From: Octopus vulgaris
Taxonomy: Eukaryota
NCBI GenBank assembly: GCA_951406725.2
Contig: OX597824.1
Coordinates: 36,952,001-37,016,000 of the forward strand
Direction: 5' to 3'
DNA: 64,000 bases
A program made the position numbers and the translations under genes. This document shows, in pieces, positions 13,893-25,877 of the stretch; positions within the stretch are counted from its first letter, which is position 1, and each line of letters begins with the position of its first letter. The notes below the pieces were generated by a model. The model searched no databases. It was not told the DNA's origin and saw only the letters and a list, made by a program, of their open reading frames with translations.

Positions 13893-13936
13893 TATATATA
13901 TATATATAGTATAAGTAAATATATACTACATATATA

Positions 13937-14028
13937 TATAGTGTAAGTAAATAAACGGAGTTGAATGCAGATGTTATTCAAATTTGAATAACATCTGCGT
14001 TCAACTCCGTTTATTTACTTATACTATA
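13937..14028. repeat. Spacerless palindrome, 46-bp arms
   Basis: Centre ttcaaa|tttgaa at 13982/13983; two mismatches. Confidence 0.95.
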
Positions 14029-14168
14029 CAAATTACTGCACATTAACCCGGAGTTTCTACCTTTGAATAGGTCGCTACCATCTTTGTTACTTGCGTGAAT
14101 CTTGCTACCCTGGTAACTGTTTATTGAATTTTCCACGTTAACTGTAAACAAAGGATAATTCATTCATC

Positions 14169-14221
<53 letters not shown>

Positions 14222-14453
14222 TACATAATATGGAGGGGTTTGCTCACAGGTGATCTAAACAACTAGATATGCTGGGTAAGTGCTGTAACGTATTATCAGG
14301 GCTCCAAGCTCATAGACAAGATGGGAGCTATAGAACCATTGTAGATTTCTGATATAGTGGATATGTATTTGTTAAATGGACAACACATGCTAAGGCAAAT
14401 ATCTCAAGTCATATACGTTATTATTATTGAAAAATTTAGTCTTACAGCTGTTT

Positions 14454-14640
14454 ATGGGATATCCCATTATCGGAGACAAATAGGGAAAATGTGAAGGGTA
14501 TAGATTAAGGAAGCAATGAAATAAAGGGCTGGAGAAAAAAGAAATGAAGAAAAAAGAAGCACAAAAGCTCACAGTTCAACTTTCTTTAATCTATACCCTT
14601 CACATTTTCCCTATGTGTCTCCAATGATGGGATATCCCAT
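14454..14640. repeat. Inverted repeat, ~59-bp arms, each capped by the palindrome ATGGGATATCCCAT
   Basis: 14454-14512 vs 14582-14640. Confidence 0.92.
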
Positions 14641-15639
14641 GTTTTGAGATATCCCAGTTAGTTAGTTAGTTAGTTAATTTTTGGCTCAAAAAGCAAAAAG
14701 CAAGGCCATGTAGTTGCTGAAGGTGTCACACAACGGGATTGAACCTAGAGCCCTAAGGTTGTGAAAACTAATGTCTCAACCACATGGCCTACAGGGAAAA
14801 GGAGAATAACTAAAACCACTGAAACAAATTAATATTTTCTGTTGCTGGAATACAAAAGAAATATATAGCTTAATCTGAAACAAAAACATTCCCCCTTGCA
14901 TAAGGTTACAATTGAAATCCTACATTACAAAAATTGCAATACGTTGCAATCTTCTATGTATGTTGCTTACTAAATCTGTTATGATATGAAAATTTGATGC
15001 TAATTTCTGTTAATCAGCTATTTTTAGTATTTCATTTCCATTCTTTTATAAACCTTTCACTGGAACCAATTACTGTTAATTAAGCATGAAAAGGAAAGAA
15101 ACCAAGTTTAATAAATTTCCCAGAAAATATTAATTCAGTTTATTGTATGCAGCAAATGAAACCAAATACAGATTTTGACTCAAGTTACAGGAAAAACTGA
15201 GAAAAATAACAAGAGCAACAATGAGAAATGTATACCAAATGACAATAATGATGTTTAATTACATAGAATATAACTAAGTCCATGAATAATACAATAATTA
15301 CAATTAACAGTTTCAGTGATGAATGTAATCGCATTTGCCACTTATGTATTTCAAAGCTTAGGCATAGCTGTGTAGTATTGAAAGTCTCCTTGTCTCAACT
15401 ATGGAGTTCCATGTTGGGTTGTACTACATGGTCCCTTGGACATGTGCATTCAGCTGTAACTTATGCTAACCAATTCTTAGTGAGGCCAATTGAGTAGATG
15501 GAAGCTGTGCAGAGATTTATCATGTGTGTACGGGCACACACATTTTTTTTCTTTTATCATTCACTTATTTCAGTCATTGGACAGTAGCTATGCTGGGGCA
15601 CTGCCTTGAAGAATTTTTAGTCAAAAGAATAGACCCTAG

Positions 15640-15985
15640 TACCTGCCGGTGGCATGTAAAAATGCCGTGGCACATGAAAAAAAACATTTGAGCGAGGTCA
15701 TTGCCAGTACCGCTGGACTGGCTCCTGTGCAGGTGGCACATAAAAGACACCATTTGAGTGTAGCCATTGCCAGTACCACCTGACTGGCCCTTGTGCGGTG
15801 ACATGTAAAAGCACCCACTACACTCACGGAGTGGTTGGCGTTAGGAAGGGCATCCAGCTGTAGAAACTCTGCCAGATCAGACTGGAGTCTGGTGCAACCA
15901 TCTGGTTCGCCAGTCCTCAGTCAAATTGTCCAACCCATGCTAGCATGGAAAGCAGATGTTAAACAATGATGATGATGATGATGAT
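15640..15985 (+). mobile_element. RTE-tailed SINE family D
   Basis: Same core, (GAT)n tail. Confidence 0.85.
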
Positions 15986-16012
15986 ATATATATAGACAGA
16001 CAGACAGACAGA

Positions 16013-16960
16013 TAGGTAAAATTAATAAGGTAAGAAAATGGAGAATTAAGGATGTATAGTTAATTTATTTGTATCATAGTTTGCTACTGAGATTTAAATA
16101 CAAATAAATTTTTTAAAAACACAATAGAAAACTTAAAAACCTGCATATGTTTCAATTCTGGCCCCTTGGTAATGCATAATTGAAAGCATTTGGGTTAAAT
16201 CCTATGTTAAGAATTTGTTATCATTTTAAGCTGTATGGAGCAGGATCTCTTCAGGGTCTGTTTGTTTTTTTAATAAAACGAAGGTTACATGTTTCTTGAA
16301 GGGATTCAAATCAACAACTAAAGAAATTTAAAATGTTATGTCCTATATAAAATAAAATAAACATATACTTAAAAAATATATGAATAATATGAATAATAAA
16401 ATAAAAATAATGTTATATCTGTAAGGAATATAACATTATATATCTGTTATTCTGTAAGGGAAAATAATTATGTAATAAAATGAATAAATTAAAAAAACAC
16501 AAATAATAAATAATAAATAAACCATTATAACTGTATAATTTCCATTGGCTTGATAGTAGATACCAGTAAATATTCACACATATGTGTTTATTTTTTTATA
16601 ACCTTTGCAAATACATACACATAATATATAGGAAATAACATTTTAAACTTCTTTAGTTGTTCATTTAAATCCCTTCAAGAAACATGTAACCTTTGTTTTA
16701 ATAAAAAATTTTTAAAACCCAGAAGAGATCCTGCCATATACAGCTTAAAATGATAACAAATTCTTAACATTGGATTTAACCCAAATGCTTTCAATTATGC
16801 ATTACCAAGGGGCCAGAATTGAAACATGTGCAGGTTTTTAAGTTTTCTATTGTGTTTTTAAAAACTTTATTTGTATTTAAATCTTAACAAACTATGATAC
16901 AAATGAATTAATTACACATCCTTAACTTTCCATTTTCTTACCTTATTAATTTTACCTGTT
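16013..16960. repeat. Long inverted repeat (~335-bp arms, ~275-bp AT-rich spacer)
   Basis: 16013-16349 is the reverse complement of 16626-16960 with scattered mismatches. Confidence 0.95.
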
Positions 16961-17072
16961 ATAATAATCTATAACATATCGTGCAGATTTTCTTCTAATG
17001 TGGTGGAGATTAAACCAGTGACATTTTGGATTTGTTAATCCCTAATGAGGAAATGACATCCTTGAATTGACT

Positions 17073-17124
<52 letters not shown>

Positions 17125-17142
17125 CCATGAGACAGGAGTTTT

Positions 17143-17402
17143 TAAACAGATAAGCTGCAGCTGGAAGCAAGTTTAGTTTGGAGAGAGAGGGATATATATA
17201 TATATATCATCATCATCATCATCATCGTTTAACGTCCGCTTTCCATGCTAGCATGGGTTGGACGGTTCAACTGGGGTCTGGCAAGCTCCCAGTTGAACCG
17301 TCCAACCCATGCTAGCATGGAAAGCGGACGTTAAACGATGATGATATATATATCCCTCTCTCTCCAAACTAAACTCGCTTCCAGCTGCAGCTTATCTGTT
17401 TA
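17143..17402. repeat. Fold-back inverted duplication (~115-130-bp arms, 12-nt loop)
   Basis: taaacagataagctgcagc...caactggg / cccagttg...gctgcagcttatctgttta. Confidence 0.95.
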
Positions 17403-17871
17403 TATATTTATATATATATATCATCATCATCATCATCGCCATCATTTAAAGTCCATATTCCATGCTGACACAGGTTGGACAGTTCAACAGGAGCTGGCAA
17501 GGGGAACTTTCTAAGTGCAACCCCATGGTCATTCATGACCAAAGGGGTTCTACTTCTAATCAATCAGAGTGGCTTTCTCATCTTGGAGGACACCATTACC
17601 TCTATTACAAATCATAAAATTCGTCATCTTAGAACATACAAAATTGTAATATATTTAATGTTTTCTGTTTTCATTATGTTAAATGTGGTTTGCTATCTTA
17701 TGTTTTAATGTGTCAGATTTTAAATGATCAATTGATTGCTATTCTCTCACTATATTTAAACTTCTGTATTTTTGGTCAAACAGGACTTTTATGACGCTGC
17801 TTGAATCATTGCTCTTTCTTATAGAAATCAGTCACATGAGATATGTGGCAATTCCTGACACTTGCGCTCAT

Positions 17872-18190
17872 AGCACGTGAAAAAACATTCGAGTCTGATC
17901 GTTGCTAGTGCCGCTGGACTGGCTCCTGTGCAGGTGGCACATAAAATGCACCATTTGAGTGTGGCCGTTGCCAGTACTGCCTGACTGGCCCTCATGCCAG
18001 TGGCACGTAAAAGCACCCACTACACAATCGGAGTGGTTGGCATTAGGAAGTGCATCCAGCTGTAGAAACTCTGCCAGATCAAATCGGAGCCTGGTGCAGC
18101 CATCTGGTTCACCAGACCTCAATCAAATCGTCCAACCCATGCTAGCATGGAAAGCGGACATTAAACGATGTTGATGATGATGATGATGAT
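17872..18190 (+). mobile_element. RTE-tailed SINE family D
   Basis: Same core, (GAT)n tail. Confidence 0.85.
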
Positions 18191-18774
18191 TTAGCAACAA
18201 AGAATGAACAAAAAAAAAACCGGTGTTCTTTGCCCAAGAAAACCACAAAATGATAGTGAAGGAAGCTTTTAATTTTTGATTAAACAATCCAACAGCTTAA
18301 CCTCTCAGCCACTGCACCTCTTTAAAAGAAATGAAGAAAGAAATTGAGCCAAAAATGTAGCAAACTGGCACCATGCCACTCACATCTGATAGCAACCAGC
18401 CATAACTTGTTATTTATTAGTATTTGCTTATCATTACGTGTATTTTCTGTTTTTCAGCCAATATTTCACACGAAGGATAACAGTTGTATCAATACAAAAC
18501 ATGGATCGACTGTGAAGAGGAATAATAAGAACAATCACCTCACTTTTACAACATCAGCTGATGCTGTACAAGTGTCAGTCTCTCCTCCCAATAGACTTTA
18601 CTATCTGCATCCCAGTAGAGGATGAAGCTATTTCAAATGCTATTTGTAAATACACATATATAAGTGTGTGCATATGTGTACACATATAAATATTTTATGT
18701 ATATATTCATATGTATCGATGTATGTGCGTGAGAAAGTAAAACTATAGTTATTGTTTAATTATTCTTTCTCTTT

Positions 18775-19080
18775 CTCCGCCCTTCTCAAGCCTAGCCAGA
18801 CTCATGGGCCCGGTTTCCCGGTTTCTGTGGTGCATGTCTTCTCCCAGCTGGGCAGGACACCAGTCCATCACAGCGTTACTTAAAAAACAGGAAGAGAGAG
18901 TGAGAGAAAGTTGTGGTGAAAGAGCACAACAGGGGTCGCCACCACCCCCTGCCGGAGCCTCGTGGAGCCTTTAGGTGTTTTCACTTAATAAACACACAGA
19001 ACACCCAGTCTGGGAATCAAAACCGCGATCCTCCAACTGCGAGTCCGCTGCTCTAACCACTGGGCCATTGCACCTCCACA
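18775..19080 (-). mobile_element. SINE family C
   Basis: Homologous to 12359-12661. Confidence 0.87.
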
Positions 19081-19104
19081 TTGTTTGATTATAACTGAAA
19101 CTAA

Positions 19105-19380
19105 ATACATGGCTTAGTGGTCAGGGCATTCAGTCCATGCTTGTAATGTCATGAGATCAATTCCAAATGGCACATTGTGTCCTTGAGCAAGACACTTTAT
19201 TTCACATTGCTCCAGTTCACTCAGCTGGCAAAAGTAAGCAGTACCCATATTTCAAAGGGGTCAGCCTTGTCAGATTCTCCCTGAGAACTTTGTAAAGTGA
19301 AGGTGTGTCTGTGACATGCTCAGCCAGATGCACATTGATCTCCTGAGCAGGCTGTTCTTTTGAACTCTCATTGTCGTACC
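19105..19380 (+). mobile_element. SINE family F
   Basis: tRNA-like head + gtgtccttgagcaagacactttatttcac core; relatives at 22553-22790, 24315-24810 (-), 35005-35880. Confidence 0.78.
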
Positions 19381-19509
19381 AGTTTTTTCTTTTTTCTTTT
19401 GTCTTTCTTTTATAACTGAAACTTTTAAAAATTCTTAAAAAGGAGTTGCAGATTTATTTTCACACACTCTGAAAGGCTTTACCATCATTCTTCATCATCA
19501 TTCCTTACC

Positions 19510-19747
19510 TATTTCTTTACTACCCACAAAGGGCTAAACACAGAGGAGACAAACAAGGACAGACAAACGGATTAAGTCGATTATATCGACCCCAGTGCAT
19601 AACTGGTACTTAATTTATCGACCCTGAAAGGATGAAAGGCAAAGTCGACTTCGGCAGAATTTGAACTCAGAACGTAACGGCAGACGAAATACCGCTAAGC
19701 ATTTTGCCCGGCGTGCTAATGTTCCTACCAGCTCGCCACCTTATTGC
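19510..19747 (-). mobile_element. SINE family B
   Basis: 14-bp TSD catcattccttacc (19496-19509, 19748-19761). Confidence 0.9.
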
Positions 19748-20524
19748 CATCATTCCTTACCATAATTCATCGTTACTAATAACCAACCCAACTGCAGAAA
19801 AGTTATGGTGACAAAACATGGGGTTGTTTGTTAAGTCATCTAACACTTCTTGATCCAGTATAGCCCTTCACTTTTGCTTGCTAGTATCCCTTGCTTGCTT
19901 GGCCAAAAATTAGTATCCACTAACTCTGACATGTTTCCTAATAGCCTCATTTAACTCTACTGAGGCTGTTTTTAATGTTTTAATCAATGGAAATAATCAA
20001 ACACATGTTGTTAGGGTTTTTTTAGGCTGCAGTACTGCATCGAAAACAATCATTCTTTAACTTTACAGCACTCCAGCTGTTTACAGAAATGAGCTGTTAA
20101 TCTCATTTGGTATTTATTCACAGATGCATGAGCAGAAGCACTGAAGAGCAAAATGCCAGACAATAGAGAAGCACGAGTGATGAGATGTGAAACATTAACT
20201 TTTTAGTTGACAGTGCAACACGTCTACTCAGGCAGCTACAGTTCAAGGAATAGTTGATCCTTAGTCCAGCAATTAATAGCTTCAGGAATAAAGAAAGGGC
20301 AGGAGAGACAAACAGAAAGACAGAAAAGGAGAATGAAAATTAATCTAAAAGAGACTTTATGGAATGCCAATAAGATCAATTGTTATAAAGATAAGAGAGG
20401 CTAACATTTTGGCCTTGTTGCCTTTCAACAGAAACTAGAAGAAGATGAAGAAGTTTTCTTGGCAGTTGATATTGCTGCTAACTACTAAGACACCAACTCT
20501 TTCTCCTTGTCTATTTTCCATTAA

Positions 20525-20745
20525 CCCTTTCGTTACCAACCCAGCCAAAACCAGCTCTGACACTGTAGTACAAATGTCTTGTTGTCATAAGTTTTTCATT
20601 AAAATCTTCCATCAAACCTTAGATACAATTTATGTTCCTAACACTAGCTTAATGATAATTAAATTATTTTACTAAATTCTTTGTTATATTTTAAATAATT
20701 GAAAGAAACACAGAGCATCTCAAAATAAATACAGTAACAAAAGGG
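20525..20745. mobile_element. piggyBac-type MITE
   Basis: TTAA|CCCTTTCGTTAC ... GTAACAAAAGGG|TTAA. Confidence 0.8.
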
Positions 20746-21637
20746 TTAAAGGAACCCTTAACTTTTTACTTCTACCAATAGGATTTGGATTTGACCCAAA
20801 GAAATTTCAAGCTAAAGTCATTCTTTGCTCAGTTAACAAATGTCGATTAATGATCGTAATTGGAATCAAGAAACCCCAAATTAAAACCAACTCCAGCATT
20901 ATCCTAACTAGTGAAACTGTGCTAATGCCACTACAACTTTAAATTATCTTCCATTCCACTAACATATCTACACCAAGAGTAATTAAAAACAGAAGCAGAG
21001 AAATTAGCACACAACTGCAGATTCAGTTGCTGCAGCAGGAGTAAATATATATATATATATAGCTTCTAGTTAGGGTCGAAACAGTGGTTAGCAATTAAAC
21101 AGGAAAGACTACATAAAGCTAAATGGACACGCCAACAAAAGAGATAATCTCTCTATATCCATAAATATGGCCAAGCTTACAGAGGTGATAATCTCTGTAT
21201 ATCCACTAACACTATGGTCAAGCCAATAAAAAAATTGTAATCTCCACAATTATTCAGCACCAGTCTGAACAAGATGATAAAAATTGATTTATAAATACAT
21301 ACATGTGCATATACATACATACATACGTACGTACATACGTACATGTGTGCTGTGTGCGTGCATGTGTGTGTGGTGGTGGTATGTGTGCGTGAGTGAACAA
21401 TATGATTTAGCCAATAACCTTGATGCATATTAAAATAGCACTTCATCATTCACACAAATGGCACGTGAGAAAATTCCACATTTTATCAATGTTCTTATTT
21501 CTATTTTACTGTAGAAATTTATAAAATCTTCAAAACATCACTCCATCATATATTTAAAGATTTCGGTTATGTCTTCAGTGTCAGTGGATATTTAAGACTG
21601 TAAAAACCACAGAAACTAGTTTCATAATATTTGCTTG

Positions 21638-21708
21638 GGCATAGGTTGGGAATTAAACCAAAGCAGTTTACATGGCAGGTGAGCATTCTATCAATGAACC
21701 ACTGTTAC
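21638..21708 (-). pseudogene. tRNA-Gly(GCC) pseudogene
   Basis: Minus strand GTAACAGTGGTTCATTGATAGAATGCTCACCTGCCATGTAAACTGCTTTGGTTTAATTCCCAACCTATGC is colinear with tRNA-Gly-GCC (71 nt); stems and B box degraded. Confidence 0.75.
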
Positions 21709-21867
21709 AGATTTCAGATGTGTCTCTGATTTCACAGTGTAATTAATTGTTGAAAGTGAAACGTTCACATTTATACTTTCTAAAGCTCGGTGGGGAGGGG
21801 GCATTAAAACAGATACCAGGATCACAAGGACAAATGCCATTCTGTAACTGTCCAAACAGACAAATTA

Positions 21868-22433
21868 TTGGGTTGTCCAGAAAGTTCATGCCGATTTTTA
21901 AAGGGAAGAAAAATGTCAATAAATACTTGCCATTACATTTTTAATCAACCAAATATGAACCATTTTGTTGCACAATATGTCTCCATTTTTCCTTTAACTT
22001 GAAAATACCCTCTTCCCAGAACTGAGGTGGTTTCATGGCAACGAATTTGTCAAGGTATCTTTTTACGTCATCCAAGGAATTGAAATTTTTACCATTAAGA
22101 CTATTCTGCAGAGACCTGAATAAGTGGAAATCCGAAGGAGCAATATCTGGTGAATATGGAGGGTGGGGTAACACATCCCAGCAGAGCTGCAGCAATTTTT
22201 GTCTGGTTCCCAAAGCATCAAGTGCCGAAAATGAACTCTCTTATCTTCCATTTTAAAGAGTTACAGAATTAACACAGGTTATAGAAACATAAACTTTCTT
22301 CCACGAAAAGATAGCTTAAACTGTGCTCTAAATGGAGGTGTAGTAAAATCCTATTTTATGGACTCAACCATGTTCTAAAATAAGTCAAAAGGTAAGCTAC
22401 TATAAATCAGCACAAACTTTCCAGACAACCCAA
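21868..22433 (-). mobile_element. Internally deleted non-autonomous mariner, copy 1
   Basis: TA + ttgggttgtccagaaagtt TIRs; MEDKRVHFRHLMLW fused to WDVLPHPPYSPDIAPSDFHLFRSLQ. Confidence 0.92.
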
Positions 22434-22857
22434 TATTTTATTTCAGAAAGTAAGGGAGATAATTTGGCACCCAGTCAGCCTCCTCCAAACCACAAAAGAA
22501 AAGGTCAGTCATCATAAATATAGTATTTTCCTCACTAAGTAATTATTTCGGGTGAAGGCAGTGGTTTAGTGGTTTGGGTATTCGGTTCACAATCCTAAGG
22601 TCAAGAGTTCAATTGCTGGTGGTACACTGTGCCCTTGAGTGAGACACTTTATTTCATATTACTCTAGTCCACTCAGCTGGCAAAAGTGAGTAGTACCTGT
22701 ATTTCAAAGGGCCAGACTCATCGCATTCTGTGTCAGGCTTAATTTCTCTGTGAACTATGTAAAGGGTACACAAGGACAAATACCATTCCTCAGATACCCA
22801 AACAAGTAATTGTTCTAAAAAATTTAGCAACCTCCTCTGCCTATGAATAATTCCAGC

Positions 22858-23156
22858 CACTGGCACTTGTGCCGGTGGCATGTGAAAAAACATTAGGGTG
22901 AGGTCATTGCCAGTGCCACTGGACTGGCTCCTGTGCAGGTGGCACGTAAAAGCACCCACTACACTCTCGGAGTGGTTGGCATTAGGAAGGGCATTCAGCT
23001 GTAGAAACTCTGCCAAATCAGATTGGAGCCTGGTGCAGCCATCTGGTTCACCAGTCCTCAGTTAAATCATCCAACCCATGCTAGCATGGAAAGCGAATGT
23101 TAAACGATGATGGTGGTGGTGTGGGTGGTGGTGGTGATGATGATGATGATGATGAT
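22858..23156 (+). mobile_element. RTE-tailed SINE family D
   Basis: Same core, (GAT)n tail. Confidence 0.85.
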
Positions 23157-24503
23157 CTTCCTTTGTATCAAAGATATTCATATTAATTGAAGAAGTTTTC
23201 AAACAAAGTGAAAATGCTAATCAAGAATTGAACCCTTCACTGCTAGATTTATAATTCTGGCTTCTGGTTGCTGAGCCACTTCCATATATGTTCGAGGATG
23301 AAAACTAATTCTGACCAAATAAAAATCAGTATAAACAACTCTAAGTGATTACTAATACCCTCTTAGGAAATACACACAGGCTTAGAGAAGATTTAGCTTA
23401 AAAAATATAGCTGAACATATTAAGCCATTTAATCATTAACCCCCAGCCCCCACCACTGTTGCTGCCACAGTAAGATAATTCATTTAAAAAAGAAACCCAT
23501 TTTGAAATTAAGAATTAGCAGATTATAAATGCAGCTGATTTTCCTGATTACATGTTCTGGTTTTCCTTACTGCAAAGAATTTCAGAATTCTATTTAACAA
23601 GGAAAGAACTCTTCTTCAGTTGGTTCGTGAAGGATTCTTTTGAAATATTAAAACAAACAGACAAAAAGAGAAAAAAAAGAAAATATCCAAGAGATATCAG
23701 TGGAGATTATTACGTCAAATCACACAAAACTAGAAAAACTGTGGAGTGTATTAAGTGTTTGATGTGAAGGAGACCCAAGCATATATGAAGTAGCTCTCTC
23801 TATAAAAACAGATTGCTACCAACAATAGAGTAGCAAGTCTCTAAAAATATGGCACATGAAGCATGTGTGTGTATGTGTGTATGTACATGTGTATATCTGT
23901 ATGCACATGCACAGTCGTATGTGTGCATGTGTATACATGTGTGTATGTGTGTATTCAGTAGAAATTTCAGGTTAAACACATCCAGTGTAACCGTACTCCA
24001 AACATTCCAAGAACATTGAAGGCCATGATATATAGCATTTATTAGCATTAAGCACTGCACATACACACACACACACAATAAGCCAGGAATAAACTCCAAA
24101 ATTATTAATGATACAAGTGTCCTTGTCAATGGTATCAATCTAACTCCAGTTCTCTTACAATTAAGAAATTACTATATTTGCATTTATGTCCACAAAAGTT
24201 CATGGTTTGACAAACAGAGGAAATAAAATAAGTACAGTGGGTCCCTATGATTGAGTCAATCCTCAAAGATGGAGGTGCAGAAGCTCATGATTGAAATCAG
24301 TAAAAGGACAAAACTGGCACTGCATCAGTTACAACAGCGAACGTTCCAGTTCATCCAATCAACAGAACAACCTGCTTGAGAAATTAATGTGCAAGTGGTT
24401 GAGCTCTCCACAGACAAATGTACCCTTCATGTAGTTCCCGGGGAGATTCAATGTGACACAGAATGTGACAAGGATGGCCCTTTGAATTACAGCTACAACT
24501 CGT

Positions 24504-24710
24504 GCCATTCAAGAATTTGGACCTGGAGATCTCCATTTCCAGCAACTTCGAGGGCCACCTCCCTGTGGTGTCAGGCATCAACGAAGAGCCCTCGACTATA
24601 ACAAGACGACCAAAGTTTTTTTTTTCCCCAACATCTAGGGTCTCCCGCCCCTAAGCCCTAGACCATCACCTAATCACCCTTACCCGTCTTGTTGCTTAAC
24701 AACAACAACA
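24504..24710 (+). mobile_element. 5'-truncated retroelement with (AAC)n tail, unclassified
   Basis: Perfect 15-bp TSD acagctacaactcgt at 24489-24503 and 24711-24725; splits a SINE. Confidence 0.8.
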
Positions 24711-25025
24711 ACAGCTACAACTCGTTTTTGCCAGTTGAGTGGACAACATGAAATAAAGTGTCTTGCTCAAGGACACAACACATTACCAGGAATTGAACTC
24801 ATGACCTTATAATTGATGATAACTATACAAAACAATAATAAATAATAAACTTTAGTTTTATTCTAGAAAATTTGAGATTTCTGAAATCAGAAATCAATTT
24901 ATTTATTTCTAAACATTCCTTTTTATTAACAGTCTTATTTGTTTATTTAACAAACAATTCAATTGTTAATTATTGTGAGTCAATACCCTAACTGCTAAGT
25001 CACATGCCTTCATGACAGATGGACG

Positions 25026-25240
25026 AATGACTGACTGACTGACTGACTGAATGAATGAATGAATGAATGAATGAATGAATGAATGGATGAATGAATGAAT
25101 GAATGAATGAATGAATGAATGGATGGATGGATGGATGGATGGATGGATGGATGGATGGATGGATGGATGGATGGATGGATGGATGGATGGATGGATGGAT
25201 GGATGGTTGGTTGGTTGGTTGGTTGGTTGGTTGGTTGGAT
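25026..25240. repeat. Compound tetranucleotide microsatellite (GACT)n(GAAT)n(GGAT)n(GGTT)n
   Basis: Direct reading. Confidence 0.95.
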
Positions 25241-25299
25241 ATTAACTAACAATCCACACAATTCCATGGCATACCATATATATATATTAACCACACATG

Positions 25300-25505
25300 A
25301 ACAAATTGCAATTTTTTTCCTCCTTCTTTCTTTCCCTTTGAACTTCCCTATTTTTCCTGTTTCTGAAGGAGAGCTATGCTCGAAACATAAAACAACTACT
25401 CTCTTCCTTCTCCAAATGTCATATTAATACATTGCTTGTACTACGTCCTCACATTTGTTTGTTTTTTTTCTTTTGTCTCTTTTCTGTTTTTTGAATTGAC
25501 TATAT
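25300..25505 (+). mobile_element. Penelope-like pseudo-LTR relic with degenerate minimal hammerhead motif (25358-25394)
   Basis: tgttt-CTGAAGGA-gagc(tat)gctc-GAAAC-AT-A-aaaca: stem I, stem II and core in type-I order. Confidence 0.65.
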
Positions 25506-25516
25506 AATACATATAT

Positions 25517-25840
25517 ACATGGTCTGATCAATAAGTATCCGGACTGCTTCCATAGTAATGAAGTTAAAGCACACAGAGTGAAGCCACTTGGCACAGATTG
25601 ACCTTGAATTCTGCCATGCATGTGCACTAAGTTTTAACATTCTAGCTCACTTCCACTGTTTACAGCAATGCTTAGAAGGAGGTATGTAGCATCTGATCAT
25701 CGCATTGACCATGACTGAGGAAGCTGAGCAGAGAATCTGCATAAAGTTTTGCCAACAGCTTGGCAATACCTGCTCAGAGGCTTATACAAAATTTTCAAGA
25801 AGTTTTCATCATTCTCAACACAATTAAGGAGATCTTGTAC
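25517..25840 (+). mobile_element. Mariner 5' fragment
   Basis: TA..ggtctgatcaataagtatccggact TIR-like start; MTEEAEQRICIKFCQQLG transposase N-terminus. Confidence 0.7.
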
Positions 25841-25877
25841 AACTGAAACCCAAGCATCTTTTTTGTCACCTGAAAGC

